Under the pieces are notes generated by a model. The model worked only from the letters and a program-made list of their open reading frames with translations, was not told the DNA's origin and did not search any database. DNA of 64,000 nt from Octopus vulgaris (lineage: Eukaryota), in contig OX597816.1 in the NCBI GenBank assembly GCA_951406725.2, positions 81,840,001 to 81,904,000 of the forward strand, written 5' to 3'. Positions 37,177-49,742 of the stretch are shown piece by piece; position 1 is the stretch's first letter, and each line of letters opens with the position of its first letter. The position numbers were made by a program, and so were the translations under genes.

Positions 37177-39565
37177 CCACTAATAAATCATTCATTTTCT
37201 TTGTTGCAACACCATAAATTCAACAGAATTATTTTGGTCAGTCATCACGAGACAGGTTTAGCTGAATGAATCTGTCAGTTCTAGTATATTCACTATAGTG
37301 GAATAAACTTTAATCTGCACCATCTTACCACTTGTTGATATGAACTGATCTTTCTTCATACTATCTGAAATACCCACATTGACATATTGCTTTAAATTAC
37401 ATTGTACATTAATTAATACCTCACTGATTAAGCTGTATAGGTCCAAATGGTGTAAGTGGAAGTGTAATAAACCATTGCTCATGTACAAGCACAATATCAA
37501 CATTTTGTTATTTCTCTGTGCAACTACAGTGTTTCATACCTTACATATTTACATCTCCTTGCAAAAGGCAGATCTACTGAGATTATGCAATTTCAATCTA
37601 GAGTCCCTATAAAAACTCGTGGTTAAGATTGAATTGATACAAAGTAACTAAATAACTATCAAGGTTTTGCAAAACCCAATGTATCTGGAGAAGTTTAAAA
37701 AAAATACCAAACTGGAGATGCAGTAAGTCAGAGTGAATATGCTGGAAATATAGTAAATATTAAATGAATTATGAAGAGAATTCATGTAATTGTATTCACA
37801 TTTGGAGTGAGTATAGAACAAGAGGAGAAAGGATTATATCTGAGAATACCAAATACAAAGAAGAAAGAAACAATTTAATAAAAGTTTGGAATGGGTAATG
37901 GAAAAAGTAGCAACTGTAAACACTATAATTTAAAAACTAGTCGAACAAACAGTAGGAGCAATTAGAAATAAAAGATAATTTTAAAGTAGACATGATTTAG
38001 TTCATCACGCACCAAAGGAACCAGCAGTCCAAGATAAGCAGTTCATTAAGGAATCTAGAGAAGAAAACTAATAGGTACTGTACCAAATATACCTAAACCT
38101 TGGGCTTTGTACTTGCTATCATCTCATGAAGACTTAGAGGAAAATATTTTGATCAAAATTGGAAGATACTGAAATTAAAATACAAGCAATCCAAAATGTA
38201 ATGCTTAAAAAACAATCCCAAGACTTAAAAGATGTAACAAATTTAAAAGAATAAAATGCAATATACATGGAGTGGAAAAACTATATAACAATTTGAAAAT
38301 AGCAATCAGACACAAAACAATTGGTAAGATTAGGTTAAAAAATTGCAGGGCCAGATCACAAACCAAAGGCTGCAAAGGATGAAATTCAGATAAATTGGAA
38401 AGAAATACAAAATACTGGAAGCTGCAAGAAATTTAAAAGATGCATGAGGTGAATATAAGTAGAAGAAACCATTTATTGTACAAGGAAACCAAAAAAATCT
38501 GCAAAAAGAAGGGGATGACTATTTGGTTAAATTCAGTTTGCAACCATATGGATTTCAGGTTCATTCTCTTTATATGGTACCAAAGCAAGTATCTTCTACT
38601 ACAGCCTTAAGTTGACCAATGCTTTGAAATGAATAGACTGAAACTGCATGGGAGCCTGCCTGCCTGCGTGCATGCATGCACGCACGCACACCTCTCATGT
38701 CCTGACATTTTTTACATGATAAAACTAAAATACTAAGACATGGCATGAAGTGGTGAGAAAGGATTAACTGACGTTGAGACTCACAGAAGGACTGACACTC
38801 CTGGCAGTTTGCTGTGCTTGAAAAGACATGTCAAGCTAAGTAAAAGCATGGCTATCTTTGCATACAGGCTTGTCTCCTACATCCTTCAACAAGCTGAGCA
38901 TTTCTAATCTTGCGGGATTGTAGGTACTACTGCCACATAAAAAACACCTGCATTGGTGCCACAAAGTGCACTCATACTAGTGCTGCATAAAAGCACCCAG
39001 TACATTCTGTAAAGTGATTGGCATTAGGAAGGGCATCCAGCTGTATAAACCATGCCAAAAAAGACATGGAGCCTGAGTAGCTCTTCAGCTGGCCAGAGCC
39101 TGCCAAACTACCCAACTGATGCCAACATGGAAAACAGAGAAATGATGACGAGGATTAGGTCACCAGTTACCATACTTGGAAACAAGGGTTAGTGACAAGA
39201 AGGGCATCCAACCATAAACTACTGCTCCAAAGTTTTGAGTCACTTGTGCCAGCTTGGAAAAGAGAAAAATGTAAGAACAATACTGAAAGGTATCAAAATA
39301 TATGAAAATAAGAAGGGTTCAAAAACCCTAACTAGGTAGACTAAGCAAACAGCCAGAAGATACAAGAAAATTGTATGGTACACAAATGCTAAAAATACTA
39401 TGAAGATAAGTTGAAACAAGGGTTAGGGAATATTAATCAGATTTAACAAGATGTGAATCTTGACACGGAGTAATAGATGGAGTGTAAAGTATAGATTATA
39501 AATCATTTCAGAAAAATAATGTAAACAGAAATGGACAACTTTTAATTTAGAGAGATATATGGAGC

Positions 39566-40008
39566 CATCATCATTGTTCAACATCTGCTTTCCATGCTAG
39601 GATGGGTTGGACGGTTTGACTGAGGACTGGTGAACCAGATGGCTGCACCAGGCTCCAATCTGATCTGGCAGAGTTTCTACAGCTGGATGCCCTTCCTGAC
39701 ACCAACCACTCCGAGAGTGTAGAGGGTGCCTTTACGTGCCACCGGCACGAGGGCCAGTCAGGCGATACTGGCAAGAGCCTTGCACAAATGGTGCTTTTTA
39801 CGTGCTACCTGCACAGGAGCCAGTCCAGCGGCACTGGCAACGACCTCACTCGAATGTTTTTTCACATGCCTGTAAGGATCATGCTCAAATGGTGCTTTTT
39901 ACATGCCACTGGCATGGAAGCCAGTCAGCTGCTCTGACAATGATCACGCTCGGATGGTGCTCTTAGCACTCCACTAGCACAGATGCCAGTCATCGAATTT
40001 GATTTCGA
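39566..40008 (-). mobile_element. RTE 3'-UTR fragment with several internal tandem units
   Basis: Homologous to 1-500 and 49075-49742. Confidence 0.85.
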
Positions 40009-41699
40009 ACATCCACTTTGCCATACTTGCATAGATTAGACCAAGGGTGGACTGAGAGTATTAAGGGCCCTCAGGTATAACTGTTTACCAGGCCCCTTTG
40101 AAATTATGCTTTAGTAGAGTTAACGTGTAGAGTGCAGGCCCTCAGACAGAGCCCAATTGACCAATGGTTCAATCCACTCCTGGATCAAACAGAATTTGCT
40201 AAGGCAAATTTTCTACAGCCAAATGCCCTTTTCACCAATCCTCACTTCTTTCCAAGCAAGGTAATATTTCACCGTGGCCAGATAGGTTTTCATGGAAGAC
40301 TGGAAATGAAGGACACTGCTTGTATGACAGTGACACAAGTTTACAACTATCATATGAAATTAAAGTGGGACAGTAATATACACAAGTGCAGCCTCTTGAC
40401 TTTTCAATGATATACATACACTGAATATGTTTATCACAAACAGGCATCTTTCAGTTTCCACATACCGAATTCACTCACAAGACTTTGGTTAGCCCAGTGC
40501 TCAAAGGGCAACACCTCCAAGGGGACTGGACCAGAAACCATGCAGAAGCAAATTTCTTACTATGCAGCCAAGCTTCTGCCTACAGTAAAAGAAACAAAAC
40601 TAAAGTTAAAAATCCAATAAAATGTGATGAACAGAAACTGGTTTAAGGATATGAGAAGCACTCTTCACATATGTAACTAGGAAAGGCAATGCAACGTGTC
40701 CACTTCAGAAAAGGATTGCCGTCACCGGATTGGCCTTTAGTAAAAAGTTTTCAGGAAACTGCAGAATTGTTTAGAAGTTTTGCAATGATGAGAATAAAGA
40801 TGATGAGCAGCCTGAATATTATACAATAAATATAGCTGCTGAAAAAAAAAATGCAGTTTTCAGATAGCTATACGACCTGACTATGTATCCAGTTTTAGCT
40901 CTGGGTAGCATTCAGTCAAGAATTATTTTAAAGCAGTGTGGTTACAATTAACAAAAACAAAACAAATAAATAAAACATATATCACTAATTTTTCAGTTAG
41001 TTAGTTTGATGGTGAAAATCATAAAGAGAGTAGTTGCAAAACATAAATAATGGACTAATAACTAAATGCTAAGAATTTATCCCAGAGAGAACCCTTTGAT
41101 ATTGTGTACCTGGACTGTAAGAAAAACATGACAAGACTACCATACAGAAGTATAGTGTGAAAAGTGGTGCATTTCAAAGATTTGTCCGAAGACTAGGTTT
41201 AGTACTAATATTTGTAAATGATCTCTGGAAGATATTAAATCAATCTGTACATTATTTGCAGAGGATGCAAACATAATAGAACTGAGTTAGTCAAAAACAT
41301 GGAAATTAGAATTTAACACAGATAAAATATTACTTTACTTTTGGTACAACTCAGACAGATTTTTCACGGAAATGTAATGACAACTCAACTAGTAAACGTA
41401 TTAATAGAAAGAGATGACATTTAGTAGCCTATATTTCAGTATCGGAACGGCTAGCAAATTGCTAGAATTGATTAAATTTTAGTTTGGTATTCTAGAAAAG
41501 TTATGTAAGACTACATATGGAGTCTATTGTTCGGGAATATTCCCCGAGGCAAGTAAATTTGTTCTTAAAAGAAGAAACCAGCCGTGTATGAAAAAAAAAA
41601 ATAAATAAATAAAAAGAGGGAGGCGGATAAACAGAAATAAACTTCTAGCAAGGATAAGAAGTCAGGTTTCAATTCTTTGAGGAAAATACAAACAGGTTG

Positions 41700-42010
41700 A
41701 ATGGAAACAAACAATAATAAAAGGTATTTGTCACGTGACCAGGAGTGAGTGACCTGATAAAGCATATGTAAACAAAAACTACGTTAACAATTGATAACTA
41801 AACCAAAGTAAACGATATGGTTCTAACTTATCATCGAATCTATGGTTATATATATTTTTGATCAATTAGAGGAAAACAGTAATTTTTTTTTTTGTTATTC
41901 GACTCACTGCCTACGTGTATGATAAGAGTTTGATATGACGCAATCACTGACGTTCCCAGAAATACAGTTCAGACATCTGAAATTCTAAATAGGCCAATAT
42001 ATTTTGTCTA
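41700..42010. promoter_or_regulatory. Putative CpG-retaining promoter-like region downstream of mael
   Basis: GTCACGTGAC E-box, TGACGCAA and TGACGT (CRE/ATF-like) and CCAAT within 300 bp, in otherwise CpG-poor DNA. Confidence 0.35.
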
Positions 42011-42758
42011 CGATATATAAAAATTTTAAATCTTAGCTAAAAATGGGTTTAATTTCATTCTACATAATTTTAAAATGCTGGATAGTCGGCCACAAGACAA
42101 CATTGATAGAAAAGTTAATTCTGAACTCGTTTTTATTACCGGATGCTATAATAGTCAGAACAACTTAAGAATAATAAAACCAGCTTATTTTGTGTGGGTG
42201 TATTTGATATTTTCTACGTAATAGTTTAAAAAATAAAATTAATACTACCTTATTACGATTTGAATTCTATATATATATCTATATATAAATAAAATATCTT
42301 TATAGCAACTTTGATGATTAACAGTTTTGAAATAGAAATTTGTTAACGTTTGTAAGTAACAATATGGAAAATTGTTTTATAAACCAGTGCATACAGATTT
42401 ATTCATCTACATACAAACCAGTTATGTGGCGAAACTGGTTTTGTTTTTATGTTACAATCAATAAATTCTAAAAATCAACATAGGTTTTAATAGAATTTCA
42501 TGCTCTGTAAAGAGAGTGGTTATTTACTTTTGAGAACCGAGACATCTCGTTTGACAACTTATAGAGGAGTTTTAAAATAATAGAGGCTAAGTTATAAAAA
42601 CTTAGCAAGTTTATTTTTATTTATAGAAAAGTTAAAACGTTAATGTTTGCAGATTTAAATAGATATGGGTAAGAGTTTATAAATGAAAAAATATTTTTTT
42701 TTATGCATGTCAATGATGTAAACATAAATGTAAAAGGTTTCGAGTGTGCGTAAAAAGA

Positions 42759-44411
42759 CTATTTAGGGCAAGCATTTGCAATTAGGCCCCTTCCACGCCC
42801 TCGACCTACCATAGCTGCAAAACAAGGCCTGCTAGGTACATCTCTTTGCATAGCCACTTGTTGTCGGTAGGAGGGAGTCACTACCCGTGGTCCCGAAGAA
42901 ATACTACTGGTTAAAGATGGAAAGTCCGTCTCCGATATATGTGAAGGTTTTGGTGTCGAGCTTACCCACGCCCGAGAAGCTGTAGTCGATGCTGGTAACT
43001 GGCTCCTTGTATTTGATAGATTGGGAAAAACGGGTTCAAATTGGAATGGATTCTGCAGAACTTCGTTTTCCTCAGAGATATGATTTAGTTCACTGTCACA
43101 TTCGCTTACAGTATCAGAAACACTAACGTTATGACTGCAACAATTAGATTCATTCTCTGATTTCGTTCCAAATGGATGTAGGTCCTTATTATGATCGAAA
43201 TAGCTGTGTTTTGTGGCACAAGTAACATTAGCGTTAGTAAGTGGTTTTCGGAGAGCTTCCAATTCTTCATCATCTGCAGAAAAATTCTGCTTAACCTTAG
43301 GAGAGTCTTGTTTAGTGTTTTCAGACCAATGTTTGTTTTTCTCAGTAGCTGGACGGGAATAGTTGTTTTTTCTGCTGCCGAAGTGAGGAGGGTTTAACGA
43401 CACGCCTTTACTTTTACTATCTTTTACGGGAAGATGCTGAGAAGTGAGTGTGAATTCATAAACGTTGACCAGAGAGTCAGACATGGCATACGCATATCTT
43501 CGAATAATGGCCAAACTACAATGAATAAGACTAGCCTGTTCATGCCAAGGACAACGAGTATTGGGTTCGTAATCGAATGCAGTGGTTGTCAGCATGTCAA
43601 GAATTTGATATTTCGCGACAGAAAAGCCATTATGTTTAAACAAATCCATGACAAGCTTCTCAAGTGCATAAAGTTGAATATATTTTGACCGAGCACTTTC
43701 ACTTCGTACACTTATCCAATTCAAACAGCTTTCAACTTCTTTGAAATCTCTTGACAAACAATAAAATTGTTTTTTATCAGAAAATTTAAGCAAATCCTTC
43801 CACAGTTGGGTATAATCAGATGTAGCCATTTCAAAGTTTTCTATAGGAATTTGATGAGTGTTATCACTGTGAAATTGAGCCTCATATCTATAGCCAACGG
43901 GAATAGAACCCGCGTTAATAAATTGGTGCATCTCTTTAGTAATACCCTCTTTCATATTGTATTCCAAAGCAGAAACTTCAACTGGTAAGCATTCGTCATC
44001 TGAGGTTTTACACAGTAGCTGGAAATTTAGAAGATAAAACTTTTCGTAGAGTATATCCGAGTTATGCGGCCATTTTGAGGTAACATCTCGATCTTGCTCA
44101 GCGTAAAATTTGGCAATTTCGTCGAGGGGTTCAGTGTGGCTAGAAATTAACTGTCCTGTACAGTCCAAACGCGAATCACTTTTCTTATTACTAGTGTTAT
44201 TCTTTTTACGGGAATTTTCTTTAATTTCGCGAGACATTTTTTCATAAGGATATTTTTCGTTGGTTGTCATCAGCTTCCATTTGGGGCCAGCGATAGCAAC
44301 AACATCTGCTAAGCCATTAGGGAAATTGTGGCCTTCTAGTTTCATTTCTTCCATCAACTGTTTCATATAATAATAAAAAGCGTTATGTTGTATTTTCTTA
44401 TTTGGTGGCAT
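42759..44411 (-). CDS. MAEL: Protein maelstrom (piRNA pathway; HMG box + MAEL domain), single coding exon, 550 aa
   Basis: ATG at 44411 in AAAATG context (the ORF-track start at 44447 is GTG). N-terminal MPPNKK..NAFYYYM..W HMG-like box; MAEL motifs PVEVSALEY..G...MHQFI..G.IPVGY, HSDNTHQIP, CPWH..HCSL (ECHC); TAG stop at 42759. Confidence 0.95.
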   Translation of the reverse strand: MPPNKKIQHNAFYYYMKQLMEEMKLEGHNFPNGLADVVAIAGPKWKLMTTNEKYPYEKMSREIKENSRKKNNTSNKKSDSRLDCTGQLISSHTEPLDEIAKFYAEQDRDVTSKWPHNSDILYEKFYLLNFQLLCKTSDDECLPVEVSALEYNMKEGITKEMHQFINAGSIPVGYRYEAQFHSDNTHQIPIENFEMATSDYTQLWKDLLKFSDKKQFYCLSRDFKEVESCLNWISVRSESARSKYIQLYALEKLVMDLFKHNGFSVAKYQILDMLTTTAFDYEPNTRCPWHEQASLIHCSLAIIRRYAYAMSDSLVNVYEFTLTSQHLPVKDSKSKGVSLNPPHFGSRKNNYSRPATEKNKHWSENTKQDSPKVKQNFSADDEELEALRKPLTNANVTCATKHSYFDHNKDLHPFGTKSENESNCCSHNVSVSDTVSECDSELNHISEENEVLQNPFQFEPVFPNLSNTRSQLPASTTASRAWVSSTPKPSHISETDFPSLTSSISSGPRVVTPSYRQQVAMQRDVPSRPCFAAMVGRGRGRGLIANACPK

Positions 44412-44711
44412 TTTTGATGTGGAACACAGTTCCGGATAGACTGACACTACGCACGAGTACCAACCAACTAAGGTGTATATAAATAAGAGTTATCGACCTT
44501 GGCACCGTAAGTGAATTTAACTGACAATTCTTTTTTTTTTAACTGGTAAATAAATACTTTTATCGGAATATATCACATATAAAATCACAATAAAAATACA
44601 AATCCAAAACCAGGAGATAAAAATACAAAAGCGGAACAAAGAGTGAAAAACAAAAGAAAGCATAACAAAAAAAGAAAGAAAATGGAGAAAAACACAGTTT
44701 AAATTAAATTC

Positions 44712-44743
44712 GGGGAATTCCCAATCAAACTTAGGGGATTTCC
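44712..44743. promoter_or_regulatory. Two kappaB-consensus sites with an overlapping CCAAT box, ~300 bp upstream of the mael ATG
   Basis: GGGGAATTCCC (44712-44722) and GGGGATTTCC (44734-44743) fit GGGRNWYYCC. Confidence 0.4.
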
Positions 44744-45599
44744 AGAATTCAACCGAAACGTTGCCGATTGGCAAGTTCCATATAAAATTATTATTTTTGA
44801 ACAGTGAAAAAGTCAGTCGCGCGCACGCACACACACACATTGATTGTCTCAATTTGCACGAGGACTTGAACAGTGATGCACTCACACACATAAATATATA
44901 CGTTTTATGTTTTCACGAATCATCCGCTTGGGATTTGTTAACATATTTTTGTATATGTATGAATGCATGCATACATACATGCATGCATGCATGCATGCAT
45001 GTATGTATGTATGTATGTATGTATGTATGTAGGTATGAGGTAGGTAGGTAACGGTTTGTGTGTAAGCTGAAACAGAAAGTACAGAAATAAAAATGTTTTA
45101 CAGAACTTGCCGAACATATAGTTTCACTTTCTCGAGACTTATACCGATTGATTGTCCAGATTCCTATGTTTTCAATTTAGAAGATTACGATTTTGCGAAA
45201 AAAACAAAACAAAAACACGTTTTCAATATTTTAATCCCTCCTCCACCACCAATTTTTTAATTTGTGTCTTGATTTCGACTCATTTTTTAATCCACGTAGA
45301 AAAATACTGAGATTACGAATCCGGAAAATTTATATTTGTTTAACTTTACTTAGAAAATACCCCCATTATCCTCCCCATCATCTTCCCGCTTTCAAAAAGC
45401 TAAAAACTGCGTATGTTTTAGGCATGCGTAGATTTCTCTTGGAACAGCAAACGAAAAGATATCAAGCCCTCACCAGAAAACCCAGTATGCTAGAAATAAC
45501 AGCTAATGTCAGGAAAATAGTTTTTTCTCTCATTTGACCACACTTCTTTTCTTAAAGATAAACGGCGTAATCACCCGTTAAAACCATCAAGTTTTGGTA

Positions 45600-46250
45600 T
45601 TATTTGATCCTTTCACCCGCATGATTTTCACTAAGAAAAAAAAATTGGACTTTTTGCATGGAATCAAGTACCCTGACCTTCTAATATGCTGTAAATCCTA
45701 TATTTTTTGTTCGGAAAAAAGTTTGGGGAAACCGGACCCCCCACCATATCCCCGTTTTCTGGATCCAAAAAAAGGGTTTTGTAGCATATTAGGAGGTGAC
45801 TGGAATTCATTCAACGAAAAAAAAAAAAAAAAAATTCCAATGATTCTGGGATATGGCTTCCCACTCACCCTTTTTTCCGAACAAAAATAAGGGGTTTGCA
45901 TTTTATTAGGAGGCCAGGGTACTTGATTACATGCAGAAAATTTGATTTTTGTTTTTCTTAGTGAAAATTGTGAGGGGGGGAAAGATCAATAGGAGGGGGT
46001 GAAATTTCCAAGGCTTCCACCTCACCTCACCCCTTTTGTAGCATATCAAGTCACCAGAATTCATTCAACAAAAAAAAAAAAAAATTCCAATGATTCTGGG
46101 ATATAGGGGAGGGGGTGCCTCCCACTTTTTCTGAATAAAAATAAGGGATTTGCAGCATACTAGGAGGTCAGGGTTCTTGATTCTGTGCAAAAAATCCGAG
46201 TTTTTTGTTTTTTTTGCAATTAAAATTGTGTGGGTGAAAGGATCAAAATT
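45600..46250. repeat. Fold-back/tandem repeat complex (MITE-like) upstream of mael
   Basis: 45600-45760 is an inverted copy of ~45840-45990; ~46035-46250 is a direct copy of ~45775-45990. Confidence 0.7.
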
Positions 46251-48144
46251 TACCCAAATTTTCAGGTGTTTTATATATTTTGTACAATTTCTGAAAAATG
46301 TTCATTTTAAATTTGTATCAAAGATAAGGTTTAAGTTTATATCAAAGACCATGACAAATTGCAAAATAAAATAGTTGGTTTCACTTGGAGTTCAGCTGTA
46401 GTTTTGTGCATGCACACAGCAAATGAAAATTGCTGATAATTTTTTTTTTCTTTTCTGAATCACAAATTTCCACTTCTATCTCAATTTTGATGCCAAGCAA
46501 CATATTTTCATATTGTGTTTATAGCAAATAATTCGTATTTAAGTTTACCCAGTTACAATTGTATTGAACTATGTTTCTCTGCAAAGAAACCTTTGTATGA
46601 AAAAATGTTGTGCGTGAGTGTGTATGCGTGTGTGTGTGTGTGCTCACATGCATGCCTAGAAAGATTTTAATTGAGAAATGTAGACAGAAATTTTGTATCA
46701 AAATAACTTACTTTACATCCCTTGTTTTCAAATCGTTGGATTAATCCCAGCAAAGTGCTCCAAGTTTAGTCACTGATCACGTGTATCTATATAATGTTGA
46801 ACTGCTATGAACCAGTTTGCATGTGTACACACACACACAGACACACATACACACACGCACACACACATATAGATACATGATGGGCTTCTTTCAGGTGCAA
46901 TCTACCAAATCCACTCAGAAAGCTTCGGTCAGCCTGGGACTATAGAAGCAGACACTTGCCCAAAGTGTCTTTTTCTAAGTTTCTTACTACACAGCCAAGC
47001 CTATGCCTATACACATAAATATTGTTTTAAAATAAGTTATACATACCATATAATAGTTTACATACCGTGTTTGCAATTCCTCATATAAATAAATGCTTAC
47101 AAATTGTGTGCAAAATGAAATGAATCCAGGTTTAATCAGATTAATCAAGTTAGTAAACTTTTAACATTTTTGTAACAACATATTCTCTCCATACATTTTA
47201 GGAATGGAAAATACCTAATTAATAATACCTATGCAGCAAGGAGTCAAAAAAAAAAAAAGTAAGGGAAAAAAAGACATACTCATTGACCAATATTTTAATC
47301 TGTACATAAAAAATATGGGTGGTAACATCAGACATGTTTCAGTGTTATTAGACATCCTCAGCAAAACCTAGCTTTCTGCCTACTTGTTAAATTAGTAGTA
47401 ATATGAACCACTATATTGATGTACAATAATGGACTCTTTAAAACTTTCTGATATTTTGTCTTTCTTTAAATTTTACAAGTTGGGTACCTCTGATGTTCCA
47501 AACATAGCTTAATTTTGTTTTGAATAGGGGCGGGTGAGGAAAAATGTGATGTTTTTACTGCAATTTTGACTTTGAGACAAAATGTAATTTTTACAAAAGT
47601 TCACTACCTTACAAAAACTATATCAACTAAACAAATGACCTTCCCTAGATGCATTAAAAGCATTATACCATAATCTGATCATGTAGGCTCTGTTGAACTT
47701 TGTTGCATGTGACCAATTGAGGTGCTTGGTGTTGAATTGATATTTTTCTTTCTTCTTCTTTTTCCTCTCCTTTCTTCTTTTCTTTTTCTTTTTCTTTCTT
47801 TGCTCATGTTTGTGTTTTATTCTGTTTGAGATTTGTATCTTAATGTGGTTTTGTATTATATATCTATCATATAGATAGATGTTATATATCTAATAAAATA
47901 AAGATGAGTCTTTTAAAATCTGATCATTATTTCAGAAAATTAGTGCTGTTCTCTTGGAGCACATAAAAGACAAATTTGTCTCGGGCAAAATGAGTAACAC
48001 AAGATAATGTAAATTTGCCACTTCAGTTCTCCAGAAAACAGACTCATACATCAACATCCATCCCTAGACATCAGAAAGACAAGAAATGCAAAAGAAAAAA
48101 ACAGAAATTTAAATATCTAGGTCAAATGCAAGAGGATCTGAGAA

Positions 48145-49065
48145 AAATGCCAACTTAAAGAAAACCCACAGCACTGAAATATGCAAATGACATCAAGCTA
48201 TACCTTGAGATAAAAAGGACAGATCCTGAACACTATAGATCTTTCATGTAATCGGACCTGGACTAGCAACTCAAACAGGCTCTGGACTAGTGTACCGCCA
48301 TGCATTTTGGGAGGAAAAACCCAGCATCCACATACTCCCTCCACAACACTAATATCAAGAAGTCTTCTTGAGAATGTGACCTGGGCATTACTATCAGCAG
48401 CAATTTTAACTGGACAAAGCACATCTCTAAAATTGTCAAGAAGGCTGAGGGTGTCTTGACATCACTCAGCAAGACCATTATCAGCCACTCTCCAGCTATC
48501 TATTTAAGGCTGTATATGGCTATGGTGTGGCCACACTTGGAATTTGCATCACCAGTCTGGAACTCCTATCTTGCTCAGGTTATTGACCTCCTGGAAACTG
48601 TTCAGAGTTGCGCAACCAAGTGAATACCCTTCGTCAAGCATCTACCATACTCTGAATGCCTTGCTTCCGTGGGCATAGATACCCTGAAGCTCTGATATAT
48701 GGCAACTGACTTAGGAAGCACCCACAAAATTATTAACCATCGCGCCAACAATCACCTTGAGCTCCACACATCTACAAAGTCAGAAAACAGCACAGCTCCC
48801 ATGACTTTCAGAAACATTTTTCCACACTCAGAGTTGTTGAAGCATGGAACAAGCTACCTTCATCAATTGTTAGTTGCCGAGACATTGCATACTTTAAAAC
48901 CTCCATGCTTCATGATATTTGCTAACACTATACCTGATATCCACCCACTTCATACTCATGCACATTTGAATATCATGACTCATACACTGTTCACTTTTTG
49001 ACTTTTGTACATCATTCTATATACTGTACAAGCACCCTTGATGAGTTGTAGAGTACCTGAGCACT
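48145..49065 (+). mobile_element. Degenerate CR1-like LINE 3' part
   Basis: Same family as 25900-27478. Confidence 0.85.
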
Positions 49066-49074
49066 CATCATAAT

Positions 49075-49742
49075 CATCATTGTTTAACGTCTGCTTTCCA
49101 TGCTAGCATGGGTTGGACGATTTTGACTAAGGCTGGTGAACCAGATGGCTGCATTAGGCTCCAATCTTGATCTGGCAGAGTTTCTACAGCTGGATGCCCT
49201 TCCTAACGCCAACCACTCCGAGAGTGTAGTGGGTGCTTTTTACGTGCCACCAGCATGGGGCGTCAGGTGGTACTGGCAACGACCTCGCTCGAATCTTTTT
49301 ACACATGCCACCAGCACAGGTGCCAGTAAGGTGATGCTGGTAATGATCATGCTCGAATGGTGCCTTTTACATGCCACCGACATGGAAGCTGGTTAGCCGC
49401 TCTGGCAACGATCACGCTCACATGGTGCTCTTGGCACCCTACTAGCACGGGCACAAGTGCCAGTAAGGAAACGCTGGTAATGATCACCCTTGAATGTTGC
49501 CTTTTATGTGCCACTGGCACAGAAGCCGATTAGTCACTCTTTCAATGATCACACTTGTATGGTGCTCTTTGCATCCCGCTAGCACGGATGCCAGTCATCG
49601 AATTTGATTTTGATTTCACTTGCCTCAATAGGTCTTTGCAAGCAGAGTTTATTGTCCAAAGAAGGAAAAGGTATGCATATGTAGGCTGGTTACGCTCCTG
49701 GCATAGGCCACGAGGTTATGGTCTCATTCGGCTTGCTAGGTC
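49075..49742 (-). mobile_element. RTE 3'-UTR fragment with an expanded internal tandem array
   Basis: Homologous to 31680-32096 but with more GGTGC..TTTTACATGCCAC units. Confidence 0.85.

Noticed and set aside
44412-44447. N-terminal extension MSVYPELCSTSK of the mael ORF
   Set aside because: Starts at GTG; homology and the AAAATG context place the start at 44411.
44517-45054. YAACKG (MYB-like) hexamers near mael
   Set aside because: Six-base matches are expected by chance; no supporting context.
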